From: Kondoa subrosea
Lineage: Eukaryota
Direction of reading: 5' to 3'
Assembly (NCBI GenBank): GCA_039545335.1
Contig: BCIN01000003.1
Location: forward strand, 1,178,001-1,242,000
DNA: 64,000 bases
Position numbers and translations under genes: made by a program. Below are positions 12,378 through 23,694 of this stretch, one piece after another. The first letter of the stretch is position 1, and every line of letters starts with the position of its first letter. The notes under the pieces are model-generated. The model saw only the letters and a list, made by a program, of their open reading frames with translations, searched no databases and was not told the origin of the DNA.

Positions 12378-13140
12378 ATGTCTCCTCGGCGAATTCCTTT
12401 CTTCACCAATATCGCAGCTAAAGACTCCAATTATGCTAAGTTACACGACCAATACGTTGAAAATCTAGGCGCATACCGCTCTCTGGTTCTGATGTACGAT
12501 AGCGCAACTGTCAGTCTTCAAATCTAGGCCTCCTTCGGTTCATGCTGATAATCAATATCAGTCTGACATCGAACGCGACAGGATTAGCTCGGAAACCGCC
12601 TCTTTAGTGAAGCAAATGGAAGACTTCATCAGCAGGTACCAGTCTCACGAGACAGCGTCAAGGGAGTATGATCAGTCCGTTCAGGAATATTCAAACCTTT
12701 ACGCGAAGGAATTGCAACAAATGGCTCGTGAAAGAAAGCGCACGGTCCAGACACAGCCTAAGCAATCGCACGCCCAATCAAGATCAAGCGAAGCGTATTA
12801 CAAGCCAGCAAGATCCCCTGATGATTATCCTCGTACATCTAGCTATAGGTCACCTCCTGTCAAGGCGTCAAGATCGACATCAACCGCTGGCAGATCATCT
12901 AACATATCGCGTGTAATCAGCCCAAACTTCGAGTCGCCTGCTGCCATGGCTCATCTGAAAGATTATGGCTACTCTTCTGAGAGGTCGAGTCGACGTCCTT
13001 TTCCATCTGCATCAAACCCGCGTTCTGCCCGTGGGCCTTGCCCTGTGGTAACCGAATATACCATCACAAAGCGAATTACTGTCGATCCCTACACAGGCAA
13101 GGAGATCGATGTGTCTTATACGAAGCAAAGCCGGCGATAG
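12378..13140 (+). CDS. Hypothetical protein with N-terminal helical region and Ser/Arg-rich tail (2 exons)
   Basis: Exon 1 MSPRRIPFFTNIAAKDSNYAKLHDQYVENLGAYRSLVL splices (GTACGA...GACAG) in frame into ORF 12607..13140. Confidence 0.6.
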
Positions 13141-13220
13141 GCTTCAAACACTCTCTTTGTCCATTGTATATAGTCCATGCATCCTTCCTTTAATCGTGCA
13201 AAGTATTGTTTTCCCCTTGT

Positions 13221-14475
13221 CTACCTTCTCCTAAAGCACAACAACCACATCAGGAGTATAGGCCATAACAGTATCAACCCATTCCGCTGTGCATCAGAAG
13301 TAGCTGCAACTCCACCCGCAGTAGTTGCATTCGTTGGTGTAGAAAGATATTGACTCGGTTCCCAGACCACAAATCGATCCAGATCTATAGCCTCTCATCA
13401 GTCATGCCTTATTGTACATAAATAGACTGACCAAAGAAACTCTGATTTACTCCAGCCAAATTGATGACTTTGATTTCATGTTCGCTTGCATTGAGATAGG
13501 CAGCGAAATACTGAATACCAGGTAAAGTCTTTTCGCAAGTCTTTCCAAAAGATCCACCACATCCTGCTACTGCATCAAGAGTTGTGTTGACTCCATCAAG
13601 GGAGACAGTGAAGTTGCCATGATCGTTATTCTGATGCATAAGTCAGCTTGACTTCTGCCCGGTAGGATGAAAATTCACTTTGTCGCCGTATACAGCAACA
13701 GCGGTGCCTATTTACTGATGAACACCGTCATCATACAAGCTGATAAAAAATCACCATTGAACATTAAAGCGACAGAAGCTTGATCTCCATTGGTGAAAGC
13801 TGTTCCACCGCCAGAGAACCTTGAATCCGCTGTCAACGAGTCAACTACTCCATTAATCTGATTTGATGCAGACCATACTATTATTGCCCCAAGTCCCAGT
13901 ATATATTAATCGCGAATCCGTCTCCTCAATAGTGGTATTTGTGATTGTCGCCCTATTCCTCTGTGATCAGACATTTCGTTAGTTGGTAATGAGAAGCCTC
14001 ACCCTTCAGGTGCGAATTCTACTTCCATATTGATATAATCCACCAACAATTGACTCTGATTTCCATTGCTCAACTTCAACGCATGGTTGCCAGCTGACAG
14101 ATTCATGGACGTGTAAATGAGAGAAGAAGTATTGCTGAGAGTATTTAGTGAGATAGAAGTGGTGTTTCCATCCAAATCAATGATGAAAGAACCGTTGGAA
14201 GATCCATAAAGGTATATTGCCCGTCCAGGGAAATTGAATGTTAAATATGCTGCGGGCGACGTGGAAGAATGGTAAGTATTGTCGTGATAGGCTGCATATT
14301 CATCGAAAGTAGCAGTGTTGGAAGGACTATTTAGAGTACTTAGACAGACAAACACGGTCATGAAGAGAAGCAGCTACTCGTTGGATGACCAGTAGGATTG
14401 CGAAGGGTAGTATTGAATCAGGGAATCAAAGTCGTCTACAGTAACATTCATTTGAACAGAAGAACTTGTAGTCAT
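13221..14475 (-). CDS. Putative cell-surface protein with two galactose-binding-like beta-sandwich domains and hydrophobic C-terminus
   Basis: VTVDDFDSLIQY..., FNFPGRAIYLYGSSNGSFIIDLDGN, HGNFTVSLDG; many NxS/T sites; ends GLILLWPILLMWLLCFRRR*. Same domain type as the ectodomain of the 485-2004 gene. Confidence 0.65.
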
Positions 14476-14772
14476 TTCGTTGCGTTCACTCGGATAAGCA
14501 GATGAAAGATTAGAGGGGACAAATGCGATAGCAAGCAGGTAGCTTCAGTCTGGTATGAATCTAGCAGGATATCGCGGAAGCTCGGGAATATAGTCGTTGC
14601 TCTCTTAGCTGTATCTTTGCGAAGTATACAATCCTTATTCCGGCATAGCGCTGCAATCGCTTCTAAAGGCAAGGAGCAATTCACCATAGGTTCGTTATAC
14701 CGAGTCCGAACAGTCTTCATCCTCATATCCTGACATTCTCTTTTGCATTAGTTGCCTAAGGTATCACAACAT

Positions 14773-16407
14773 TTACCTGAATACCATTGTACAGTAACAA
14801 CCCGGAGAATCGCAATCGTATTTCCTCCTCTGTTGCTGATAGTTCCCGTCCAGAAATCGTAATCTTTCTTCTTCATCATACTCTGAATTTTCCGCTTTTC
14901 TCTTCTCTTCCGCTCTGGCAGCCAAGACTGCGGCATTCCGATAGACTACGATATCCTCACATCCGCCAACAGCTTCAAGAGATTTGATATCCATCGCGAA
15001 CGCTTGATCTTGTGCTTCGATTGGAGCATAGAATTCATAACGAAGACGGATACCATCAGCTGCTTGAAGAGCTAGACTTCTCAAATCATTCATCAAGATC
15101 GCATCAACATCTTCCTGATGGCGCTTGCCGCTGCTTCCCTTTGAACGACAGGAATAAGGGAATTGTTGAACTGCGCAGCCAAACGTTATGGCTTTCATAG
15201 TTGGGAACGAGTTTGAGTCTGTAGAGATCTGTAAGAGACTGGCACAGGAAAGATTGTCGGGAAACAAATCGTTATAATACATGTCCTTAGCCGAGATCTT
15301 GATGGACTGTAGATGGTTGTGCTGCAAACGCGAAGGGATGAGTAGACCAAGCGTATTTTTCAGAAGCTGATGCAGTTTCAGAGTGGCAAGGGACGGTGAA
15401 TGTACTACTTGAAGTGAATAGTGTTCAAGAGCTGGAAAGACAGTATGTAGATTTACCTGCGGCTGAGGTGACAGCCACACAGAAGAGAGACTAAGATGTG
15501 TTATGCTTGAGTAGGGGTGACCGACAAAGATAGTGCTAATACAGTAAGCCAGAGATTCTGGATTTTCGGCTAAGTCCAATTGTAGGTGTTGCATATTGCA
15601 GAGTTGTTTCAACAGATGGCGAATATATTCATCGGATGGAGGTGCGCTCTCCGGGTTCCTCATACTCAGATGTGTAATTCGGCTGGGTTGCTTAAGTTGC
15701 AAATTGTCTGTGAACCTAAAGTCCGTACCATCCAGAAATGACAGATAACGCAACGCTGGGCCTTGCAATAGCCAGGAGAGATGGTCGTATATATTTGGTG
15801 AGCAGACCCACTCTTCGCTAAGCTCGAAAGCGATCGATTGTAATTGGTTTTGAAAGCTCATATGCTCTGCAAGGTGTACCGGAAATTCTGGAAATACTTC
15901 CACTCCAATCCATTCTTTGTCCGCGGAAAGACACCAGACAGTCTCAGTGACGACCAGGCGGTTTGACACTTTAAGGTGTATAAGATTTGGTAGCTGGTCC
16001 AAGATATCCAAGCTACTTTTGACGTCGTCTTCGAACGTGCAGGAGTAGAAGCCCTCTTCGTAGACCACGTCATTCGCTCTCATCACCTGCTCCACCGACA
16101 CCACCCGACAAATTACAGTCCATTCAACTTCGCGTACCAAGGCCCTGATTCTAGCATTATTTGTGATAGAGGATATGAAAGAGGAGTGGTGAAATTGATC
16201 AGCTGAGATTTTGCGGTAGAGGAAGGGCAGTGTTACAGATTGCAGTGTTTCTAGTAAACATTAGTGAGATCTGAGAAATCTATTGTACGACTCGAGATGC
16301 TTACTGCAGCAAAGGCTTAAGTCGACTAGATCTGCGCTCGACACTTCATCACCTCCTGCATAATCTTCCACTATCTGATATAGCAATTCCGGTACGAGCT
16401 GTAGCAT
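14773..16407 (-). CDS. F-box-like / LRR-like protein (paralog A)
   Basis: Exon 1 MLQLVPELLYQIVEDY...LVDLSLCC, phase-1 intron, then LPFLYRKI...VREVEW and the 455-aa ORF. Confidence 0.7.
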
Positions 16408-16732
16408 CGTCGAAGAGATACAAGATGCTTGGTCCGCTTGAATGGGATTAGAACGCCCAAAAGGTCAACGATTCGGCTTCTGTTAGTACGGCAGTGGCAG
16501 CTGAAGATACTTTGATAGAAGCAGATAGAGATTTGAGCGCTTGAGCCAAGTCTGGAAAAATGAAGTTCAGCTTGCCAGTCGCATGGCCGTATCACGCTTG
16601 CTTACACGCAGCAATCTGGCCAGCAGGTATGCTCTAGAGGGATATCACTATAACACGGGAATATCATTGCTCTCCAACCTTGCAATTTCATTTCTAGGCT
16701 TGTTGCTGTTCAACCGCGTGCTGAGACTCAGG

Positions 16733-17812
16733 ATGAGCAACAACTTCTTCGACGACAACTCAGACAATGAATCTGATCCAGAGCAACGCGAATCTTTCTT
16801 CACTCAAGCTCCAACTCATCCAGCAGCTCGAAAACCAAACAATGGCCAACAACCAAGACCTTCTGATGTAGACAGCGGTTATGATAAATCTTATGCACGG
16901 GATCAAACTAAAGACGCGTTCGAGGAACTGGATTTGGATATAGAAGGGGAAGAAGGGCAAGAGAATATAGTAAAGAGGTTGTCGCGACGATGGATGGATG
17001 AGAGGAGTTGTCCTGAACTGCTACAGAGTGATCCGAATGGTGAATTGGACCTCTGTCTGCAGACATTACTTAGACAGGTCAGTAAATTACTCGTCGGGTG
17101 GTAGAAATGCTGAAATTGAGCGAAATGATACAGCAAGAAGCGGTCAATGAATTACGAACGGATATAGCTAATTGGGACGAGATTGAACATCTGAGGCTGT
17201 TACTGGTTCAGCAAGATAATGAAAGGATAAGATGGTTAGCTACATCTTTGATTAGGTGTAGGATACACAAGGTGAATACTTCTCCTTCTATATTATTTAT
17301 TCACTGAATCAATGATATTTAGATAGAGAAACATCATCTTCTTCTAGTAGAGAACGATAAATACAGACAAAGGCTATCGGAGGAAGAATCTCAGTATCTA
17401 GAGCGGTACATCTGTTCGCATTTCGATCTCAACAAGCTCATGTTCTCCTAGATATGATGCACTGGTTTCGAACCTTACTCAAACTCAAGTACTCAGTCTG
17501 CTCCCAACGAAATTGCAAGCTTTTGATGAACCAGGAATGAGTGCGTCTACATGACTTGTACGCCTACTCATCTGATCAGTTCGAGTAGTACCGGAACCAG
17601 AACTCGATCAGGCAGTATATGCCTTGGCACGAAGGACATGCGGTCCAGTCAGATTACCAGAGTAAGCCTCAAGTTGTGGATTGCCAGAACATTGAAACTC
17701 ATTTGATTCGCATAGTGGGAGGCTGTTGACGCTGGAAAAAGGATCGATACACATGCTTAGGTATAGGAGTATAAGAGAACAATTGAGAGAAGGCGAAGTG
17801 CAATTGATATAA
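16733..17812 (+). CDS. SLD5: GINS complex subunit Sld5
   Basis: RRWMDERSCPELL, DNERIRWLATSLIRCRIHKIEK, PEPELDQAV and LEKGSIHMLRYRSIREQLREGEVQLI* match Sld5 A and B domains. Confidence 0.9.
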
Positions 17813-18069
17813 CGATACTTGAATTGTATATACAACAAAGTCCATGGCACCAGGAAGGAGAGGAATAGACAGTATGACGAAGCTTGCTGGTGCAGAAAAT
17901 AATACAATGATAATACGCGAGATAAAGGAGTCTACAAGTAATATACTTCGTCCATCAAATGAAACATCAAATCCAGAAGGTGGGATACTCAATGGGTAGC
18001 GACTGCCGAGCGTCTCATCGATGCTGAACGACGAGATGAAGATCGATTGTCACCTGATCGCTGCCGTCT

Positions 18070-20003
18070 CTATTGTTGGCGAGGCCGAGCTGTATTCCCA
18101 CGGGACCCACGGGAAGCACGACAACGAGATTGAGGTCTTCGCGGTCTCCGGATAGATGGAGTAGCTGCGACTTGTTGCTGCAGGATCTGAACCAAAGCCG
18201 TAGCTTGAGCAGTAAGCGCTTGCAGAGCGATAAGTTCTTGCTGTCTTGGATCAGATCCTTGATCATTAGTAGCCACTTGAGTTGCTTCGGCTTGTTTAGG
18301 GCTTGTTGGAGGGCTTGAAGAAGATATTACGCGACGGCGAACAAAAGCTTGACGTGGAGGAAAGTACGAGCTTCTGTTTCCCTTGCAATAGCATCCAACG
18401 AACGGACAATCGCCTTCTCCTTCGATAATATCGCCTTCTTCCACTTTACGAATCAGCTCTTGTCTCGCCAATAAGACCTCTTCTCTTCTTTTGACAAAAA
18501 TTTCCTCGCTTCCTCCCACCATGCTCAATGACTTGATATCAACAGCTTGTGGCTTGACGCTTTTCTTTGCACCCAAGTCTTTGAGAGCTGACCCTTCGTA
18601 TTCATACCGAATGTTTAGCCTGGATGGCTCTTGTGGAGCAAGAGACTGGATATCCGCAATGAGGATAGCATCGACATCTTCCTGATGAAAAGTGTCTGGG
18701 AATTTGTTGAAGAAACAAGTAGGCATGGCTTGAATCATGCAACCAAAAGTAAGAGATACAAGGGATGGATATAATCTGGTATCAGTGAATCGTTGTAGTA
18801 AATCGGCGCAGTTTGATTCCTCGAAGAGAGTGCTGTATGTGTTTCTTGAAGCAATCTTTAGTGTCTGAAGAGTCGGAAAAGGTTCGTTTGCAGGGAAGAG
18901 ATGGTCGATAGTGAGTTCGAACAATTCGTCCATACCACGATGTTCAACGTCCAGCTTGGAGTTGAAAGCAAAAGAGAAGTGTTGAAGAGAAGGGAAACTA
19001 GAAACCAGACTTGAGGAGTTGACATACACCAGACGAACAGAATGGAGGCTGAGACTTGTAATGTTTGACATTATTTCAAAGTTGAAAATAGTATTGAAAA
19101 GATAGGCCAGGGAGTCACCATTATCACCAAAGTCGAAGTCTATGGCTGCAAGCTTCTCCAAACGAGCAAAGAGGTGCCTTATGTATTCGTCCGACTTTCC
19201 TTCACCCTCAGAATCGCGAATGGTCAAAGTCTTCACATTGGATTGAATATCTTGGTCCAAATTCTGTATTTGCGTGAAATCCATGCCAGACAGGAAAAAG
19301 ATATTTTAAAGATTTTTCCCATGCATGAACCAAGAGAGTACCGGCCAAGGATTATCCATTAAAGCCCAACCTTGTGAAAGATCCAGAGAAAAGGATTCTA
19401 AAGAATGCTTGAATGGTAAATCTTCTAGAAGTGCTGCAGAGAAGCCAGGTATACTCTGAAATTTGACCAGGTTGCTTTGATCAAATAAGTCATTCCGCTC
19501 GAATAAAAACTCGGAATGGGATAATTTTGCAGAGAGGACAAGGGATTTAATATGTTGACATTTAGCCAAGACGCCTAAAGTTTGTTTGATACTTTTGTTG
19601 AATTCTTCTTCAGAGTAAAAGAAGCCTTCTCCTGGATATGTAGAGGTCTCTTCGTCAGAGTCGGAAAGGTCTTGGTCTTCTTCGTCACCCAATCTCGGCT
19701 TCACCAGCTCAACTTCAACGGTCCATTCTACATCTCGGACCATGATCGATCGTTCTGGGTATTTGATCAGTGCTCTAACGAGAGAGTAATGCTGAAGTTG
19801 GTCTGCCTTAATATGAGAGTACAAGAGGGGCAGACTCATATTGTAGAACGTTTCTATGTAGAGAGTCAGCGACAGTGTAGAAGTATATGTCATGACATAC
19901 TAGAGCATGAAGCCAGATCAAGCAAGGCTGCACCTCTTGATTCGGCATCATTTGCGTACTGATTGAAAACATCGAGCAGTAGTTCATTCGGAAAGCTGTT
20001 CAT
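18070..20003 (-). pseudogene. F-box-like / LRR-like paralog B interrupted by an in-frame TAA at 19306-19308 (pseudogene or sequence error)
   Basis: Exon 1 MNSFPNELLLDVFNQY...LLDLASCS with the same intron position as paralog A. Shares VRDVEW, TFGC, HQEDVDAIL and GCYC. Stop falls in a region that aligns to paralog A. Confidence 0.6.
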
Positions 20004-20554
20004 CTGGTCGAGGGCGTAGGATTGTTGTTAGATGTCTTGCAGGAGTGGCAGTCAAAGTAGCAGCAAGCGAACAGTCGTTGATGAGACAAACAGCTAAGGA
20101 GTTTCTCATGGAATGCTCGAACAACAAAACATAGCTCGATTTCCAACGTGACAGCAATATGTATACAGGTGACGTAGACATGCCCACGCAATGATGACAA
20201 CATATATGTGCCCAAGCTTCTGTATGGATGGAAGGAACGGAGAGCTTGGATCAGAAGTGATCTCTGACCGAATGCTCTTGTGTGCAATTCATCAGACGGA
20301 CAAGGATTGTCACTATCGTCCCAGATATGTGAGACTCGAAAGCAGGCAGAAGAGAGTAAGAAAAGGCTGCGAGCCGAATATTGCCCATTCGCAAAGGAAG
20401 TTCACGCACTCCCAGAAGCATAGATTGGCTGCTTTACAAGATTGCGCCAGACTACGCTGTAGAGAGCATAAAAGAACAAGACAGATCACAAGTCACGGTG
20501 CAGAGCAAGACTTCTCGAAATTTCGCGCAAGCATGTCTCTTCGAAACAGCGAAA

Positions 20555-22395
20555 ATGAGCGCAAACTGGCACTGTAAGCACAGAAACCCTCTTGCAGTAA
20601 ACTTACTAAATGGAAGGTCTTGCTTTACAGGGAAGACCAAAGTGAGCTCTCGAGCGAATGATGCGTTTCTCGCACTTGCTAATTCAGCTTCTCTAGTCTA
20701 CTAAGCCTTGGGCAGACAGCTTCTTTAACACAGAGCTGACCAAATTGGCTACTGATCATGTCAAGATTGTATCCGTAGCACCTACAGAAGGTGACTGCGA
20801 GATTGGAGTAAGTCAGATGAATGTGCTGTATGTAAGGAGCAGGCGCTAAATGTGACCAATAGATGCGCAAGAGCAAAGTCATTACAATCTATGATCTTCG
20901 CGTGACAAGCAATTGGGAAACTCTCGACGGATCTGTTAAAGGCACATTGATCGCTGTGGAAGTGTCGCATGATGTTGAAGATTCGAAGGATCAATACGTC
21001 TTTGAAACGACTGTTGATGGATCTGGATCTGAGGCAGACAAAGCAAAAGAAGCAGCACGAACAGCTTTAGCCGATCTTTGCAGACCAGTCTTTTCTCAAT
21101 TCCCCAAGGTGAACATCCATATGTCCCTTTTGATGTTTGTCTGAAGATTCTTTCAGGAAATGATCAACATTCATGGCAAAGATTTACTGAAATCTGACGA
21201 CTCAGCGACTTCTTCTGGTCGCACTTCTCCTCTTCCACCTTCTTCTTCCGCTACTCAAGCTCTTTCCTCTACTTCTACCGCCAGCAGATCCTCTGCGCCA
21301 GCAAAACCAGCTACTACAAACACTACTACTGTGCGAGTGGAAGCTTCTTTCATGATCTCCGCTCAAGGCTTGTTTGAAACCTTGACCGATCCCTCAAAAG
21401 TTCAGATGTGGACTCGCAATCAGGTGAGAGGTGCTCCTATTGTAGCAAACTCGTTTGCTCATGATTCAGTGTCTTCTCACAGGCCAAAGTCAGTAGCATC
21501 CGCTGAAGTTGAAACCAAATTTACTGACTCACGATACAGATTGCACCTGAGGTTGGGTCTGAAGTCTCTCTATTCGGCGGCAACATCACTGGCAAAGTCA
21601 CTGCTGTCGATGCGCCGAAATCACTGACCATGACTTGGCGTGCTCCGACATGGCCAGAAGGTTCGGTAATGGGCGTAACTTGCTTCGTCTGAAGCTGAAC
21701 ATGTACTGTTTCGAACAGGACATTACGGATCTCTTGTTTTCGATTTGCAGCAGAACGCTTCGGATACTACTTTGACTATGCGTACGTTGAGTTGATCTAA
21801 AGCAGTCTTCGTATTGTTGATATCAACAACCCAACGTACAGGTCTCGATGGTGTTCCTCTTGGTAAAGAAGAAGAAGCAGAGAAGAACCTAGGTGAGTCA
21901 CTCGTCACCATTCACCATTCGAGTGTATGTTGATCGCGTTACTCACAGACATCTACTACATCCGAAGTTTGAGTAAGCCTTTTTCTCATTTTCTATGTTG
22001 AATGACGCTCACGAATCATCTATAGAACAAATAGGGTTGGTTCCAACTTCAAATACTTCCGCTACTCCTTCTTCCCCGATTCCTTCTATACCTCATGCCC
22101 GAAAACGACATTTGTCATCAAAAGAGAAAGGTCATACCTTCTTACAGACGCTTGGTGCACGAGCAGCAGCAGCTCTGATACCTATGCTCTCTTTTGGCGT
22201 GATTGGCGTTATGATTTACGCCATTTACCGAGGACCTACTTTCCAAGATCCGCAACAATGATACTTCAACCTGCCTTTGTGTTTTATACTGTTTCTTATT
22301 GTCACATAAAACGAAGAAGTGAGCTTGTTGAGTCTCAGAACAGAGATCTAATTCAATATGTCTTGTCTTTTTACAGGTTGGGTACATTGCTATAA
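20555..22395 (+). CDS. AHA1: Hsp90 co-chaperone Aha1
   Basis: MSANWHWKTK, EGDCEIGMRKSKVITIYDL (N-domain). LFETLTDP...WTR, FGGNITG, WRAPTWPEGHY (AHSA1 domain). Spliced end DIYYIRSLKQIGLGTLL*. Confidence 0.9.
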
Positions 22396-22530
22396 GTCGT
22401 CAACTGCAATCGATAATTAGAGAAGGGTAGAGGCATAGAAATCAGCAGTACATTGATCATGAAATGCACAAGTTGGAAAAACTATTTACAAACAGAACGC
22501 AAAACGAATGACTCATGCTTAGAAGACTAT

Positions 22531-23590
22531 TCAAGTAGATTTCCTTGCTTTCTTCTTCCCTCCCAATCCAGCTTGAATCCGATCAAACTCTTCATCTGTC
22601 GGCATAGGCATTGATTGCCTCTTAGCTTTCTTGTTTTTCTTGCCCTCTTTGACTTCTTCTTCCGATGCATGCTCTTCGGATGAAGCAGATGTTTTCCTCT
22701 TCTTGCTATTGTTTTCATTTGAAGCATATTTGGCTTCTAAGTTCGCCAACGTATTAGCCATTCTTGCTGCTCCTCTTTGCTGAATCAAAGCTTTCAATGC
22801 CTCTTCTCCATCTTCCTCCTTACTTTTCCCTTTGCCCTTCTTCGAAGTTCCACTTCCGTATAGCTTATCATGCACTCCTAGCTCTTTAGCTAAAGCTTCA
22901 GCTTCTCCTGCTTCTTTACTTGCTGCCTCCTTCCTCTTTGTCTTGCCTTTAGTATCTTTAAGCATCTTAGTCCAATTAGAAGTAGCTTTCAACTCTCCCG
23001 AAGCGATTGCGGAATTGATCAAAGAGGTGAATCGATCTTCTGCTGTGAGTGCATTCAGGGACATGACGTTCTCCAAAATGAAAGTAATGGATCCTTTTGA
23101 ATCTTTGTACGCTTTATATAAGTCTGATTTCTCTTCTTCAGAGTCTACTTTCCTAGTCAGTGTCTTTTCATCACGTAATTAGAGATAGTTGAGCATTACC
23201 CTGATAGGCAGCAAAGAAATCTTTAATGGATGTAGCGTTGACTTCGCCTTGCCAGAGTTCTCTGAAATAATCATCCCATTCTTCTCTTGTCTTCTTCCCA
23301 TCATTCAACCCACCATTCTCATCAGTCCTGCCGGTAGAATCGTAGCGTTCCTTTCGTTTCTCATCCGACAACACTGAATAAGCATAACCAATCTGTAGGA
23401 ATTTAGTCTTGCCTTGCTCTTGCTCTTCTGCAGTAGCCTTGGCAGACAATTTATCAGGATGATGCAAGAGTGCGAGTCTGCGGTAAGCTTTCTTAATTTC
23501 ATCTGAAGTTGCTTTCTCTGGTAAATTCAAGGCGGAGTAGAGATCATAGTCTTCAGTGTTGAAGATGGCTTCTGCTGGATCTGCTTCCAT
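22531..23590 (-). CDS. DnaJ-domain protein, DNAJC9-like (2 exons)
   Basis: J-domain EIKKAYRRLALLHHPDK, then WDDYFRELW...IKDFFAAYQ, KEAGEAEALAKELG, LKALIQQRG...LEAKYA and PTDEEFDRIQ as in the DNAJC9 family. Confidence 0.85.
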
Positions 23591-23647
23591 TGTGCGGCTA
23601 CTTGCGTTGAGAGAAGTTAGAGTGCAAGAAGAAGAGTCGCATAAACA

Positions 23648-23653
23648 ACGCGT
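23648..23653. promoter_or_regulatory. ACGCGT (MluI/MCB-like box) upstream of the DNAJC9-like gene
   Basis: Exact ACGCGT 58 nt upstream of the ATG in a 104-nt intergenic gap; a single hexamer can occur by chance. Confidence 0.3.
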
Positions 23654-23694
23654 AAATCAAAACAACGTAGGTGCCAGTGGCAATGTGCAATGCA

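Noticed and set aside
20555..23590. AHA1 next to a J-protein gene as a chaperone cluster
   Set aside because: Convergent orientation with no shared promoter; adjacency alone is not evidence.
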